Shown piece by piece: positions 33,861 through 45,093 of a stretch of 64,000 bases of DNA (the stretch's first letter is position 1; each line of letters starts with the position of its first letter). Under the pieces are notes generated by a model that was not told the origin of the DNA, searched no databases, and worked only from the letters and a program-made list of their open reading frames with translations. Both the position numbers and the translations under genes were made by a program. This DNA is from an uncultured Anaerotruncus sp. (GTDB lineage Bacteria; Bacillota; Clostridia; Oscillospirales; Ruminococcaceae), in NCBI GenBank assembly GCA_944385965.1, contig CALWZG010000055.1, forward strand, positions 8,018-72,017, in the 5' to 3' direction.

Positions 33861-34691
33861 TCAGCGGCTTTTCGCCAGCTGGAAAATCCGCTCCAATCCC
33901 TCCTGCTGGGTCACACAGGTCCCCAAGGGATTGGGATTTTTTGTGTATTTCCCATGAAAGTCGGTGCCTCCTGTGGAAATCAGCCCGTACTCTTTTAAGA
34001 CTTGGTCAATGATGGGCAGATGCTCCTGCTTGACTCTGGGATGGTCCCGTTCAATACCATCAATAGCCCCCTTTTTCGCCAGTTCTTCCATCAATTCTAT
34101 GGAATCGTATACCGATGGATGAGCCAGGACACATACGCCTCCCGCGCTGCGAATCAATTTTGCGGTCTCCCAAACATCAGGATATTCCACCGGAACATAA
34201 CAGCTGCCATTTTTGGACAATAGCTGGCGGTACAGTTCCCCATAAATCTGTCCTGTGTATCCCAATTCCATCAGCGCTTCCATAATATGGACCTGATACA
34301 GAGAGCTGGACCCTGCCGCCAAGCGCAGGATATGCTCCTCTGTCACCGGGTATCTGCGCATAATCATACGCATACTTTGCCGCTTGGCCTTATCTCTGCC
34401 CTCCACAATCTTTTTCAGGGTTCCCTCCAGCCGGTCTGGGTGTTTCGGCAGATAGCACAGCAGATGCACTCGGCGGTTTCTGGCGTAGTCCCTGGTGGAA
34501 ATCTCCACTCCCCCTACCACGCCGATACCCAACCGTTTTCCAAGCTGCTCTGCTCGGTTAATTCCAGCCATCGTGTCATGGTCGGTGACCCCTACAAAAT
34601 CCAATCCAGAGCGTTTGGCATAAAAAATCAGATCATCAATACTCATTGAGCCATCCGAAAGTCTAGTATGACAATGCAAGTCACCGATCAA
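33861..34691 (-). CDS. PHP domain-containing phosphoesterase
   Basis: IGDLHCHTRLSDGS and GVTDHDT motifs. TTG start with an AGGAGGTG RBS. Confidence 0.85.
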   Translation of the reverse strand: MIGDLHCHTRLSDGSMSIDDLIFYAKRSGLDFVGVTDHDTMAGINRAEQLGKRLGIGVVGGVEISTRDYARNRRVHLLCYLPKHPDRLEGTLKKIVEGRDKAKRQSMRMIMRRYPVTEEHILRLAAGSSSLYQVHIMEALMELGYTGQIYGELYRQLLSKNGSCYVPVEYPDVWETAKLIRSAGGVCVLAHPSVYDSIELMEELAKKGAIDGIERDHPRVKQEHLPIIDQVLKEYGLISTGGTDFHGKYTKNPNPLGTCVTQQEGLERIFQLAKSR

Positions 34692-34844
34692 AGCGACACC
34701 TCCTAAGTTCTAAATCGGTTTTCATTGGCCGGATTGTTGGCTTGTGACCCTTCTTTCAAAGATGTGTCACCTTTGCTCTATATCATCCACCCCATATTAT
34801 AAATATTATGATAGCATTTTGACATTAAGGACGCAACTTATATT

Positions 34845-34873
34845 TTGTAAACATCTCTGAAATATGCTATAAT
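34845..34873 (+). promoter_or_regulatory. promoter of the dnaD-like / helicase-loader operon
   Basis: TTGTAA (34845-34850) - 17 nt - TGCTATAAT (TATAAT 34868-34873). Confidence 0.65.
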
Positions 34874-34964
34874 ATTTAAGCCAATTGTGTTTTGGCGCAA
34901 ATGAAAATAGTTCTTTTTTCAAGTTTGGATAGAAATTCCGTTGTTTTATTGTAGGAGCGTAAGT

Positions 34965-35996
34965 ATGGCATATATGATTCAAGGAGGCATTTGGTCCTCT
35001 GTGTTCGCGGTTCCTACCGCGGTGGTGGACCAGCATATCAAAATGTGCAGCCCCATTTCATTAAAAATTCTATTGATTCTTCTGCGTAACCCTGGTGTAC
35101 CTGTGGATGCTCAATGGATTGCCCAACGGCTGAACCTGCCTTTGGCGGACATCTGTGATGGGTTGGGTTATTGGGTGGAAACAGGGCTTCTGACAGAAAG
35201 CGATGAGACAGCTCAAGCCCAACAGACATCGGACAATGTTGTTCCTGTACAGCATACCCCCTCTGCCTCTTCTCCCGTGCAGTCTGCGTTCTTTCAGGAG
35301 TCTCAAGACCCAAAAACTGGACAGCGAATGGTCACCATTTCCTCCCGCCCAAAGATTTCCAGGGAAGATGTGGCAGAATTGGCCCAACGGGATTCTTCCT
35401 TCGCCAGCCTGCTTCATGAGGCACAGGAGGTATTAGGGGCTCCCCTTACCCCCACCGAAAGCGAGATTCTCGCCTCTTTATGCGCTTACTATGGCCTCCA
35501 TCCTGATGTGGTGCTGATGCTGCTGCAATACTGTGTTTCCTCTGGAAAGAAAAGCATGAATTTTGTGGAGAAAATCGCCGCTTCCTGGCTGGAAAAGGGG
35601 ATTTCCTCCCATGAACAAGTAGAGCAGGAGATTCTGCGCCTGACTCAGGAGGACCAGCGGGAAAAACAAATCAAAAAAGCCTTTGGCATTTATAATCGAG
35701 GGCTGACCCCCCGTGAACGGGAGTATATCCCACGCTGGTACGCCCTGGAACTGGCAGAACCGCTGCTGTTTCTTGCCTGTGAGCGAGCGGTGGAAAATAC
35801 CGGAAAGGTTTCCTTCGCTTACGCGGACAAGATTCTCACCTCCTGGAAAGCCAAAGGGATCTCCACTATTCAGGCCGCTTTGGAGGATTTAAAAAATGGT
35901 TCTCCCAAGCCTTCCACCCAGAACAAATCCGCTCAAACCGGTGAGTCCTCCATTGATATGGACAGGCTCCATCAGATGCTTCACGGACAAATTTAA
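34965..35996 (+). CDS. DnaD domain-containing replication initiation protein
   Basis: Two DnaD-type repeats (LTPTESEILASLCAYYGLHPDVVLMLLQYCVSSGKKSMNFVEKIAASWLEKGI and a second EPLLFLACERAVENTGKVSFAYADKILTSWKAKGI). AGGAGCG RBS before ATG 34965. Confidence 0.85.
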   Translation: MAYMIQGGIWSSVFAVPTAVVDQHIKMCSPISLKILLILLRNPGVPVDAQWIAQRLNLPLADICDGLGYWVETGLLTESDETAQAQQTSDNVVPVQHTPSASSPVQSAFFQESQDPKTGQRMVTISSRPKISREDVAELAQRDSSFASLLHEAQEVLGAPLTPTESEILASLCAYYGLHPDVVLMLLQYCVSSGKKSMNFVEKIAASWLEKGISSHEQVEQEILRLTQEDQREKQIKKAFGIYNRGLTPREREYIPRWYALELAEPLLFLACERAVENTGKVSFAYADKILTSWKAKGISTIQAALEDLKNGSPKPSTQNKSAQTGESSIDMDRLHQMLHGQI

Positions 35997-36008
35997 GGAG
36001 GGGCTTGT

Positions 36009-37001
36009 ATGGCTTACCCAAAAGAATTCTATCAAAAGGCCCAAGAGATTCTGGACCAGCGGCGGGCAAAGGCTCAAAACATTGCCGCCCAACACCGGGC
36101 TGAGCTTTACAGCGCCATGCCTGAACTGGAAAAGCTGGAGCGAGACCTGTCCGCCACCGGTTTGGCGGCAGCCCAGGCCGCTTTGGCCGGAGGTCCCCAG
36201 CTGGACAAAGTTATTGAGAACCTGAAAAATAAAAATCTGGCCTTGCAGCGGCGGCGGGAAGAGCTTTTGCAGCAGGCCGGGTTTCCCAAGGATTTCCTTC
36301 AGGAGCGGTATACCTGTCCCATCTGTCAGGATACCGGTGTAGTAGAACAGCGCCCCTGCCAATGCTTCACCGAACTGCTCCGTAAACTGGCTTACGAAAA
36401 ACTCAGTGACACCAGCGGGATTGACGGATGCCGCTTTGATAACTTTCAGCTGCGGTATTACCCCGATACCCCCACAGGACGCTTCAATATCATTCCCCGT
36501 CAAGCTATGGCGAAGGTGCTTTCCTTCTGCCAGAACTATGCCGCTCACTTTTCCCTTGCCAGTGAAAGCCTGCTCCTGTGCGGCGGCACCGGACTTGGAA
36601 AAACCCATTTGTCCCTATCCATTGCCTATGAGGTCACCAAGCAAGGGTTCGGGGTGGTGTACACTCCTTCCCACCGCCTGTTGGACAAGCTGCAAACCCA
36701 GCAATTCTCCCGCAGGGAAACTGGCGATGATGACTATCAAAGTGTGGCTATGGACTGTGACCTGCTGATTATTGATGACCTGGGGGCTGAGTTCTCTACC
36801 AACTTTACCGTGGCCGCCCTTTACAGCCTCATCAATGGACGGTTAAATGAAGGACGTCCTACCATCATCAGCACCAATTACGACGAAACCATTCTAAGGG
36901 AGCGTTATGGGGATAGGATTCTGTCCCGTTTGCTCTGTGCTTATCGGCCCTTGCAGTTCTATGGCGAGGATATTCGGATGCTCAAAAGGCTCAACGGATG
37001 A
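36009..37001 (+). CDS. DnaC/DnaI-type replicative helicase loader (IstB-like AAA+ ATPase)
   Basis: Zn-ribbon-like CPICQDTG..C.C, Walker A GGTGLGKTHL and Walker B LLIIDDLG. It is 12 nt downstream of the DnaD-like gene. Confidence 0.85.
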   Translation: MAYPKEFYQKAQEILDQRRAKAQNIAAQHRAELYSAMPELEKLERDLSATGLAAAQAALAGGPQLDKVIENLKNKNLALQRRREELLQQAGFPKDFLQERYTCPICQDTGVVEQRPCQCFTELLRKLAYEKLSDTSGIDGCRFDNFQLRYYPDTPTGRFNIIPRQAMAKVLSFCQNYAAHFSLASESLLLCGGTGLGKTHLSLSIAYEVTKQGFGVVYTPSHRLLDKLQTQQFSRRETGDDDYQSVAMDCDLLIIDDLGAEFSTNFTVAALYSLINGRLNEGRPTIISTNYDETILRERYGDRILSRLLCAYRPLQFYGEDIRMLKRLNG

Positions 37002-37006
37002 GTAAT

Positions 37007-37051
37007 AAAAGAACCCTTATGAGAGATATTCCCTCATAAGGGTTCTTTTTT
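37007..37051. terminator. bidirectional terminator between the helicase loader and ygiQ
   Basis: AAAAGAACCCTTATGAG-AGATATTCC-CTCATAAGGGTTCTTTTTT. Confidence 0.92.
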
Positions 37052-37068
37052 ATTTCAAAGCTATAAAA

Positions 37069-38940
37069 TCAAGCCCGGCCTTTTCTTCTTCCCTTTCCCG
37101 AACGCTGGGTGACCCCTCTCTTTTGCTGGAACTGGGGCTTCTTTTGAGGCTGCCCTTGCCCTCGCTCCGGCGGTATGAGACAGTTGGGGCCAAAACCAAT
37201 CAAATCCTCCCGGCCCACTCGTTTCAGGGCGATTGCCACCGCCTTCCGATTCTCCGGCTTGAAATATTGCAGCAGTGACCTTTGCAGCCATTTGTCCTCC
37301 TGGCTGGAGGGTACATACACTTCCTTCAAGGTGTAGGGGTCCAGCCCTGTATAAAACATGCAGGTGGAAACCGAGCCTGGTGTGGGATAAAAGTCCTGAA
37401 CCTGCTCTGGACGAATCCGGTTCTTCTTCAAAAATACCGCCAGGTTCACCGCGTCCCGCAAGGTGGAACCTGGGTGAGAGGAAATCAGGTAAGGCACCAG
37501 ATACTGCTCCTTTCCCACCTCCTTGGTCAAACGGTAAAAGCGTTTGGCGAACCGCTCATACACTTCAATGTGGGGTTTCCCCATACAATCCAGTACATGG
37601 GCGCTGCAATGCTCCGGCGCTACCTTCAGCTGGCCACTTACATGATAGGTCAGCAGCTCCCGCATAAAGGTGTCATCCTTCTCCTCCATCATATAGTCGT
37701 ACCGTAAGCCCGAACGCACAAAAACCCGTTTTACCCCTGGCACCGCCCGGACCCTGCGCAGCAGTTCCAGATATTCTGTGTGGTCTACCTTCAAGGCTGG
37801 GCATGGGGTGGGGGCCAAGCACTTGCGGTTGGGGCAAAGCCCCTTGGTTTTCTGCTTGTCGCAGGAGGGATGCCGGAAATTAGCTGAGGGGCCTCCCACA
37901 TCACTGATAATACCCTTGAAACGGGGATTGTGGGTAAAACGTTCCGCCTCCGCCACCACCGACTCAATGCTGCGGCAGGTGACATACCTTCCCTGATGGA
38001 AGGCGATGGAACAGAAATTGCAGTTTCCAAAGCAGCCTCGGTTATGCATAATGGAAAATTCCACCTCTTGGATGGCCGCTACCCCGCCCTGGCTTTCATA
38101 ACTGGGGTGATACATCCGCTCAAAGGGCAGGGCAAAAACCTGATCCAACTCCTCTGTTTCCAATGGGACCGCTGGACGGGTCTGAACCAGAAACAAATCC
38201 TCTCCCTGCTTTTGAATAATCTGCCGCCCCCGCACTGCGTCCTGTTCCTCAATCTGGGTCCGGGTGGCTTTGGCGTAGGAAAGCTTATTCTCCCGGACCT
38301 TGGCGTAGGAGGCTACCGAAACCGCGTCGGCAGGCAACCCCATTTGATTGGTCAGATAGCAGACGCCCCGGCACCGGATCTCCTTGGCTGGGACTCCTTC
38401 CGCCAAGGCTTTGGCGATATGAACCGTCTGGTGTTCCCCCATCCCGAAAATTAAAAGGTCCGCTTGGCTGTCTACCAAAATGGAAGGCATCACTTGGTCT
38501 GACCAGTAATCATAATGGGCGAAACGTCGCATGGAAGCTTCCAGCCCTCCAATCACAATTTGGGCGTCTGGATACAGCTTCCGAATCTGATTGCAGTAAA
38601 CGATGGTGGCTCGGTCCGGCCGGCGCCCCGCTTTACCTCCTGGGGTATAGGCGTCATCCGACCGACGACGTTTGGCGGCGGTGTAGTGGGCCACCATGGA
38701 GTCAATGTTGCCTCCTGTCACCCACCAGCCATATTTGGGAGGTCCAAACCTAGTATAATCCTGCTCACTGACCGGCTGAGCAATCATCGCCACCCGGAAT
38801 CCCAGACTTTCCAGAAGCCTGGACACAATGGCGATTCCAAAACTGGGATGGTCCACATAGGCGTCCCCGGTCACACAGATATAATCCGGCTGCTCCCAGC
38901 CTCGTTCCTTCATCTCTTTAACGGTCAAGGGTAAAAACAT
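37069..38940 (-). CDS. YgiQ family radical SAM protein
   Basis: MFLPLTVKEMKERGWEQPDYICVTGDAYVDHPSFG... is the YgiQ N-terminus. Radical SAM cluster motif CFGNCNFC. K/R-rich tail. AGGAGG RBS before ATG 38940. Confidence 0.9.
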   Translation of the reverse strand: MFLPLTVKEMKERGWEQPDYICVTGDAYVDHPSFGIAIVSRLLESLGFRVAMIAQPVSEQDYTRFGPPKYGWWVTGGNIDSMVAHYTAAKRRRSDDAYTPGGKAGRRPDRATIVYCNQIRKLYPDAQIVIGGLEASMRRFAHYDYWSDQVMPSILVDSQADLLIFGMGEHQTVHIAKALAEGVPAKEIRCRGVCYLTNQMGLPADAVSVASYAKVRENKLSYAKATRTQIEEQDAVRGRQIIQKQGEDLFLVQTRPAVPLETEELDQVFALPFERMYHPSYESQGGVAAIQEVEFSIMHNRGCFGNCNFCSIAFHQGRYVTCRSIESVVAEAERFTHNPRFKGIISDVGGPSANFRHPSCDKQKTKGLCPNRKCLAPTPCPALKVDHTEYLELLRRVRAVPGVKRVFVRSGLRYDYMMEEKDDTFMRELLTYHVSGQLKVAPEHCSAHVLDCMGKPHIEVYERFAKRFYRLTKEVGKEQYLVPYLISSHPGSTLRDAVNLAVFLKKNRIRPEQVQDFYPTPGSVSTCMFYTGLDPYTLKEVYVPSSQEDKWLQRSLLQYFKPENRKAVAIALKRVGREDLIGFGPNCLIPPERGQGQPQKKPQFQQKRGVTQRSGKGRRKGRA

Positions 38941-38972
38941 GCTCTTCCTCCTAAAACCTTCCAAAATCACAA

Positions 38973-38999
38973 CCAGCGCGGGGGAATCCCCCACGCTGG
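38973..38999 (-). terminator. GC-rich hairpin between ftsK and ygiQ (possible attenuator/terminator)
   Basis: CCAGCGCGGGGG-AAT-CCCCCACGCTGG has one mismatch. The minus-strand 3' flank TTGTGATTTTGG is only moderately U-rich. Confidence 0.4.
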
Positions 39000-39023
39000 A
39001 ACGTTTTTCTTTTCCAGGAAAGG

Positions 39024-41882
39024 TCAATTTCCCTGGTTTTGCTGGTTCATCTTCATCTCAATCCACCGCTCCTTGGAAATCAGCACCTGGCGGGGCTTGC
39101 TGCCCTCAAAGGGACCTACGATTCCTCTGGCCTCCATCTCATCCACAATGCGGGCCGCCCGGGCATAGCCCAGTTTCAACCGTCTTTGGAGCAGGGAGGT
39201 GGAAGCGATTCCCGCCTCTACCACACACTCAATGGCGGGGAGCAGCATATCGTCCTCCATCTCCTCCCCATCGTCACCGCCCCGGCTGCCGGAATCACCT
39301 TTTCCAGCCACTACATGGTTATCAATCTCCTGCACTACCTGGTCATCATAAGCGGCCACAGTTCCCTCTTTAATAAAGGCCAGCACTCGCTCAATCTCCT
39401 CGTCACTGACCCAGCAGCCCTGAATTCGGGTGGGCTTATTGGTTCCCACGGGGCTGAAAAGCATGTCCCCTTTACCCAACAGCTTTTCGGCACCGGCAGT
39501 ATCCAGAATGGTCCTGGAATCCACCTGAGAGGAAACAGCGAAAGCGATTCGGGAGGGTACATTGGCTTTGATAAGGCCGGTGATGACATCCACCGAAGGA
39601 CGCTGGGTGGCAATAATCAGATACATTCCGGCGGCTCTGGCCTTTTGGGTCAGGCGGCAGATATAATCCTCAATCTCCTTAGGGGCGGTCATCATCAAAT
39701 CCGCCAGCTCATCAATGATAATCACAATCTGAGGCAGGGTCTCCATTCCCTCCGTATTCTGGGCCAACCGGTTAAAGCCCTCCAGATTGCGCACGGCGTT
39801 GTCGGAAAACAGCTTGTACCGTTTCTCCATCTCCCCTACCGCCCAGGACAAAGCGCCTGCCGCTTTCTTCGGGTCGGTTACCACCGGCACCAGCAGATGG
39901 GGAATTCCGTTATAGACCGACAGCTCCACCATCTTCGGGTCCACCATCAACAGCCGCAGTTCTTCCGGTTTGGCCTTATAAAGCAGGGATATGATGATGG
40001 TATTGATACATACCGATTTACCTGAACCGGTAGAGCCGGCAATCAGCAGGTGGGGCATGTTGTGAATGTCAAAGATGGTAACCTTGCCGGCAATGTCCCG
40101 TCCAAGGGCGGAGGTAATTTTGCTTTTGGCGTTTTGGAATTCCTCCGATTCCAGAACCTCCCGGATGGACACAATGCTGCGACTGCCTTTATTGGGAACC
40201 TCAATGCCCACCGCTGCTTTATTGGGGATAGGCGCTTCTATACGCACTCCAGCGGTAGCCAGATTCAAAGCGATGTCATCTGCCAGACTGGTAATCTTGC
40301 TGATTTTCACCCCAGCGGAAGGCTGAAGCTCATAGCGGGTCACTGTGGGACCTCTGGATATATCCACAATCCGGGTCTGTACCCCAAAACTGGCCAGGGT
40401 ATCCACCAGCCGCTGGGCGTTGGCCTTCATCTCCTCCACCGCGTTGGTTTCGTCTTTCGGCTCTGGCTTTTCCAGAAGGTCAATGGGGGGCAGCACATAT
40501 TCCGGCGGAGGCGGAGCTTCCACCTGGCTTTGAAGCTGCTGCTGAATTTCCTGGTCTGGGGCTCCTCGTTCCTCTTTGGTCAAAGGTGTCTGTGGGGTGG
40601 AGGGTATTTCCTCATCCTCCGGCACCGGCAGCAGAATCTCTTCCTCCGGTTCCTCTGGCAGAATATCCAGATTCACTTCCTCCGGCTCAAACACATCCCC
40701 GCTGCCTTCCCAGTTATGCTGGACAGGCAGAGGATTTCCCTCATCATCGTAGTCCGGCAGCTCAGGAGGCAGGTTCAGGTTGGTATGGAAGCTGTGGGGA
40801 ATTCCTTGAGGCACCTGCTCAGGCTCCACATCAAACTGAAAGTTTCCTCCAGCGGCCCGGCTGACCAGCTCATCAATGGAAGGCCCTGGGAGGGCCTCTG
40901 ATTCTTCAGCGGACGGGGCGGTGGAAAACTCCACCGGTTCCCCTTCAAACCCAAAGGAAAGCCCAGCGTCCTCTACCGGCTCAAACTCATCGTCAATGGG
41001 AATATCAATTTCTACCTTGGGATGGGTTTCTTCCTCAAAAGTCATAGGAGGTTCCTCGGGAACAGCCCCTTTGCCTCCCTCAAGCACCTCCAGAGTGGGC
41101 TGGGCTTTTTTGCCGCCCTGGATTACCTCCAGTTCCGGCTGTTGGCGCTGCTGCGCAACGGGAGGACGTTCTTCCCCATCCAGAGGAATATCAATGGGCC
41201 TATGCTTGGGTGGAGCGGCGGACTGGGGCGGCTGAGCGGCCGCTCTCTGGGCCCGTCGCTCCTCCTGACGCTCTATCTGAGCAGCATAGGTTTCCTCCAA
41301 TTTTTTCACAGGACGAGCCGCTCCTCTGGCCAGTCCAATCAGAGTAGTACCTGTAATCAGCATGAGAAAAACAAAAATCAAAAGCACAATGGTGATTCCC
41401 GCTCCCAGAGGGCCAAAAAGGCTCAGCAGGGGCAGTCCCACCAGAGCACCCAAAAAGCCTCCGCTTTTCACATTCATGCCCTGAATAATACACTCGATAA
41501 ACTGATCCAGCAAATGCTCCTGGGTAGGCTCCTTCATCAGGAAAATCTGTAAGGCTCCGCAGAAAAAGGCCACCAAAAAGCCCACTTCCCAAGCCTGAGC
41601 CTTGGCGGGCTTGTCCATGGTCAGCAGAACCGCCAGATAAATCAAACTGGCCGCCACCAAAGCGGCTCCTGGTCCAAACAGGCCAAACATGGCATTATGT
41701 AACCAATTCCAAAAGCTGGCGCCTTGGATAATGGTGAGCATCATCAGGAAGATACCCAAAGCGAACAGCACCACCGCCCGCATCTGCCGTTTTGCCCGTT
41801 GCTGGGCGGCATTTTTTTTACGGGCGGCGGTGCTTTTTCCGCCCCCCCGGGACGATGATTTCGATGTGGATCGTGTGGCCAT
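39024..41882 (-). CDS. ftsK: DNA translocase FtsK/SpoIIIE
   Basis: N-terminal 4-5 TM spans and a P/E/Q-rich linker. Motor domain with Walker A GSTGSGKS, Walker [10 protein letters not shown] and a C-terminal gamma winged helix ([21 protein letters not shown]). GGAGGAATTGGAAA lies directly upstream of ATG 41882. Confidence 0.93.
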   Translation of the reverse strand: MATRSTSKSSSRGGGKSTAARKKNAAQQRAKRQMRAVVLFALGIFLMMLTIIQGASFWNWLHNAMFGLFGPGAALVAASLIYLAVLLTMDKPAKAQAWEVGFLVAFFCGALQIFLMKEPTQEHLLDQFIECIIQGMNVKSGGFLGALVGLPLLSLFGPLGAGITIVLLIFVFLMLITGTTLIGLARGAARPVKKLEETYAAQIERQEERRAQRAAAQPPQSAAPPKHRPIDIPLDGEERPPVAQQRQQPELEVIQGGKKAQPTLEVLEGGKGAVPEEPPMTFEEETHPKVEIDIPIDDEFEPVEDAGLSFGFEGEPVEFSTAPSAEESEALPGPSIDELVSRAAGGNFQFDVEPEQVPQGIPHSFHTNLNLPPELPDYDDEGNPLPVQHNWEGSGDVFEPEEVNLDILPEEPEEEILLPVPEDEEIPSTPQTPLTKEERGAPDQEIQQQLQSQVEAPPPPEYVLPPIDLLEKPEPKDETNAVEEMKANAQRLVDTLASFGVQTRIVDISRGPTVTRYELQPSAGVKISKITSLADDIALNLATAGVRIEAPIPNKAAVGIEVPNKGSRSIVSIREVLESEEFQNAKSKITSALGRDIAGKVTIFDIHNMPHLLIAGSTGSGKSVCINTIIISLLYKAKPEELRLLMVDPKMVELSVYNGIPHLLVPVVTDPKKAAGALSWAVGEMEKRYKLFSDNAVRNLEGFNRLAQNTEGMETLPQIVIIIDELADLMMTAPKEIEDYICRLTQKARAAGMYLIIATQRPSVDVITGLIKANVPSRIAFAVSSQVDSRTILDTAGAEKLLGKGDMLFSPVGTNKPTRIQGCWVSDEEIERVLAFIKEGTVAAYDDQVVQEIDNHVVAGKGDSGSRGGDDGEEMEDDMLLPAIECVVEAGIASTSLLQRRLKLGYARAARIVDEMEARGIVGPFEGSKPRQVLISKERWIEMKMNQQNQGN

Positions 41883-41916
41883 TTTCCAATTCCTCCAAAT
41901 GGTGAGATGCCCCGCC

Positions 41917-42789
41917 TCAGCGGATAAACCATCCCTGAATGGGATGCCCGAACGCGCTGTCAATAAATCCGATTATCAATACCACAATTCCCAGCGCCAG
42001 AGTGTAGTATCCAAAATATTTAAACTTATTGCCCTTTACCAACCACTGTACCAATTTGATGGACAGAATCCCAAAAACTGCGGAGGACACAAACCCTGTA
42101 ATCATCACTGGAACCGGCAAGGCCGCCTTTTCCTGAAAGGCGTCTCCCAGCTCAAAAACGATGGCTCCAAGTACCGCCGGAATTCCAAGGATAAAGGAAT
42201 AGGAAACCGCATAGCTGCGCTCCAATCCCCAAATCATGCCGGTGGAAATGGTGGACCCTGAACGGGAAATCCCTGGCATGGTGGCAATGACCTGAGCGAT
42301 GCCCACTGCCAAAGCGTCCTTCCACTTCATATCCTTAGCGGTTTTCCGGCCACGGTCATGGTGGCAGCCGGTGAGCAGAATCAAAGCGGTTATCAGAAAG
42401 CAAAATCCTTCTACGGTAATATTGCTGTCACTGGCGAAACCTTCCACCCAATCCTTGATAAAGACCACTAGAAACAAAGGACATAAAGAAAGCAGCAGCA
42501 AAAACAGCATCCGTCTGGATGGGGCCATCTCTTTCGGATCAAATCGTCCCCGAATGATGTCGCCCAGCAGCCGGAACACTTCCGCCAGCAGCTCCATTAA
42601 AGTTTTCCAGAAGACGATGCATACTGCTACCAAGGTTCCCGCGTGAAGCAGAATGGAAAAAAGGAACCCACTCTCCCCGCTGTTGCCGGTAAAATATTGG
42701 AACAGGGAAAGATGTCCCGAGCTGGAAACTGGCAGAAACTCTGTAAATCCTTGTAAAACGCCCTGCAAAAAAGCCTCTAAAACGGTCAT
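41917..42789 (-). CDS. uppP: undecaprenyl-diphosphate phosphatase
   Basis: [16 protein letters not shown] and [10 protein letters not shown] are the BacA/UppP signatures. Confidence 0.92.
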   Translation of the reverse strand: MTVLEAFLQGVLQGFTEFLPVSSSGHLSLFQYFTGNSGESGFLFSILLHAGTLVAVCIVFWKTLMELLAEVFRLLGDIIRGRFDPKEMAPSRRMLFLLLLSLCPLFLVVFIKDWVEGFASDSNITVEGFCFLITALILLTGCHHDRGRKTAKDMKWKDALAVGIAQVIATMPGISRSGSTISTGMIWGLERSYAVSYSFILGIPAVLGAIVFELGDAFQEKAALPVPVMITGFVSSAVFGILSIKLVQWLVKGNKFKYFGYYTLALGIVVLIIGFIDSAFGHPIQGWFIR

Positions 42790-42824
42790 AAGTCTGTCTC
42801 CTTATGTAAGGCGAGCCACATCGC

Positions 42825-43031
42825 TCACCTCTCCGGCGTTTTCATCACAGCGCCGGGCTGGTAGTTTGGATTCAAATACATGCGGGGATTGGTGGACAGC
42901 ACCCGTGAAATTACATAGCCATCCCCCTCACGACGTTCCTCAATATAACTGTTATTCATCTGTCGGTAGCGGTATTCCGGCGCCGGCTGGGAAAACACCT
43001 GCTCCAAAGGGACAATGGTGTGTAAAATCAT
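42825..43031 (-). CDS. ylzJ: YlzJ-like protein
   Basis: 68 aa starting [17 protein letters not shown] overlap with the upstream ClpP-like tepA, which is the arrangement known from sporulating Firmicutes. Confidence 0.65.
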   Translation of the reverse strand: MILHTIVPLEQVFSQPAPEYRYRQMNNSYIEERREGDGYVISRVLSTNPRMYLNPNYQPGAVMKTPER

Positions 43032-43720
43032 TGGCGCTCCTCCTCAATCATGGCGTAAAGCGCCTCAATTACATCGGAAACGCCGCCCAAGGCATCAATC
43101 AAGCCTTCATCCACCGCCGCCTGTCCATCCAGCACGGTACCCACATCCATCACCAGCTCATCCTTATTCATCATCAGTTGACGGAACCGCTCCGGTGTGA
43201 TATGGGAATTATCCGTAACAAATTTTACAATTCGCTCCTGCATCCGGTCAAAGTAGGACAATGTTTGGGGAACCCCCAGCACCAGCCCATTCATCCGGAC
43301 AGGATGCACCGTCATGGTGGCGGACGGTACGATAAAACTTTTGCGGGCGCTGACAGCCAGCGGCACACCAATGGAATGTCCGCCTCCCAGCACCAGGGAA
43401 ACGGTGGGCTTTTTCATACCGGACAGCAGCTCCGCAATGGCCAGTCCTGCCTCTACATCACCGCCCACCGTATTCAAAATAATCACTAAACCCTCAATAT
43501 CCGGGTCCTGCTCCACCGCCAAGAGCTGAGGAATCACATGCTCGTATTTGGTGGTTTTATTCTGAGCGGGCAGAATATAATGCCCCTCAATCTGACCGAT
43601 GATGGTCAGGCAATGGATGGTGTGTTTGCCCTTCGCCGCGGTGATTCCACCCATCTGGGTAATCTGCTCCAAAGGGGCTTCCTGCTCAGTTTCCTGGACA
43701 TTTTCCTGGTCTTCGTTCAT
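43028..43720 (-). CDS. ClpP-family protease-like protein (TepA type)
   Basis: [11 protein letters not shown]...[21 protein letters not shown]...[13 protein letters not shown] is a ClpP/crotonase fold with an acidic N-terminus. AAAAGGAGGGATACG lies directly upstream of the ATG. Confidence 0.8.
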   Translation of the reverse strand: MNEDQENVQETEQEAPLEQITQMGGITAAKGKHTIHCLTIIGQIEGHYILPAQNKTTKYEHVIPQLLAVEQDPDIEGLVIILNTVGGDVEAGLAIAELLSGMKKPTVSLVLGGGHSIGVPLAVSARKSFIVPSATMTVHPVRMNGLVLGVPQTLSYFDRMQERIVKFVTDNSHITPERFRQLMMNKDELVMDVGTVLDGQAAVDEGLIDALGGVSDVIEALYAMIEEERQ

Positions 43721-43906
43721 CGTATCCCTCCTTTTAGGTGTTACGATGATTAGCATTGACCAAAGCTACCCATTTCATGCGATGGTAAGGGATGGAAACC
43801 CAGAGGCAAAACATACAATTTTATTATAACAGTATCGTTGAAAAAGTCAAACGAAATTCGGCGTTTCCTGCAAATCTGTCTTGCCTTCCTTCTTTTATTT
43901 TTACAG

Positions 43907-43944
43907 AAAGCGGGGACTTTCCAAAAGGAAAATCCCCGCTTTTC
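43907..43944 (-). terminator. terminator after the anti-sigma gene
   Basis: AGCGGGGA-(loop 15)-TCCCCGCT flanked by A/T runs, 45 nt after the stop at 43990. Confidence 0.7.
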
Positions 43945-43989
43945 TGTTTCCCTGAAAAGGGTTGTTTCGTTTTCTTTTAGGTTGTCGCT

Positions 43990-45093
43990 TTACTTTTGAT
44001 ACCGCAGAATTTCCTGAGAAGTGCCATGATGGTCTATACCTACAAGAACCTGCCAATTTTCTTCTGTCTCGAGGTGGACTTCCTTATAAATCCGGCCTTC
44101 CACACTCTTGTCAGCGGCATACCTGTCTCTGTAATTGTCCTTCTCTACATGGAGCTTGAACCCATCATAGTAGAGATCCATCAAAATGGGATCCCCTTCT
44201 CTTGTGTAATGGACCACCCGCAGGACCATCTGCTGCTCCTTACCTATCTCCCCTAAAAATTCCTCCAGCTTTTGGGCATTTTGCGCCTGACCATCCGGGC
44301 CAATGACCACACAGCCTTGGGTCAGGGCCAATTCTATGGGATATTCCTCTGGGGCCTCTGGCAGCTTGGGAGGATGATAAGAATTGGCAGGCGCGGGAGA
44401 TACACTTTGAGCAATTTTAATGGTTTCCTCCATGGAACATTCGGTAATAATAATGTAGTTATATTGGTCATCATTCCACAGGATAAACTGAGAACCATTA
44501 TTGGACATTTTATAGGCCAGTATATCCTCTTTCAGGGTAAAGGGTTCCAGTTCAGAACCCTCTGTATTGATGCTCATACCCATTCCAAAGCCTTCTTTGG
44601 CGTTGACCGCCTGTTGGAAGAAGATACGCCCATCCTGCCCGTTTCCATAAACAGAGGTGTTGATATTCTCATCCAGCTGCTGCTCAATCAGGCGGTAGCC
44701 CTCTGGAATCCACTGGGGACGGTATTCCACCAAGCGGAAATCTCTTGGCAAAGGCTGGCCTCCGGTAGACTCATAGGAAATATCCGAAAATTCTTCGTAT
44801 CTGGTTTCCACCATTCTGAAGAGCTGTTCTCTCCAGGCATCCACCGTCAGCAGCGCCGCGAATACACCTACTGTTCCCGCCATCACAAATACGGCCGCTT
44901 GTCGGGCAAACCGTTTCCAGGACAAAGGACGTTTGGCCGGCTTCTCCCACTGGGAAGCCATCATCTCCTCCATCTCACGCTCAAATGAGGATGAAAAGAT
45001 ATGCTCTGGCTGTTCCGAGACGGAAACGTCCTCCAGCATCTTTTGGGCCGCCTGCTTGGCGGCTTTTTCCAATAATTCGTCATCCAATCTCAC
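43990..45093 (-). CDS. membrane anti-sigma factor-like protein (DUF4367-like plus DUF4362-like extracytoplasmic domains)
   Basis: GTGA overlap with the sigma gene stop. A cytoplasmic segment of about 60 aa, one TM span (AAVFVMAGTVGVFAALLTV), then WIPEGYRL...ILWNDDQYNYII (DUF4367-like) and a C-terminal LRVVHYTREGDPILMDLYYDG (DUF4362-like, from memory). Confidence 0.7.
   Translation of the reverse strand: MRLDDELLEKAAKQAAQKMLEDVSVSEQPEHIFSSSFEREMEEMMASQWEKPAKRPLSWKRFARQAAVFVMAGTVGVFAALLTVDAWREQLFRMVETRYEEFSDISYESTGGQPLPRDFRLVEYRPQWIPEGYRLIEQQLDENINTSVYGNGQDGRIFFQQAVNAKEGFGMGMSINTEGSELEPFTLKEDILAYKMSNNGSQFILWNDDQYNYIIITECSMEETIKIAQSVSPAPANSYHPPKLPEAPEEYPIELALTQGCVVIGPDGQAQNAQKLEEFLGEIGKEQQMVLRVVHYTREGDPILMDLYYDGFKLHVEKDNYRDRYAADKSVEGRIYKEVHLETEENWQVLVGIDHHGTSQEILRYQK

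Noticed and set aside
32916-33998. A 360-aa plus-strand ORF opposite the malic enzyme gene. Similar long antisense ORFs occur at 28540-29508, 39039-40025, 44985-45767, 47598-48542 and 52630-53418.
   Set aside because: All lie opposite confidently identified genes. They lack ribosome-binding sites and have low-complexity shadow-frame composition.
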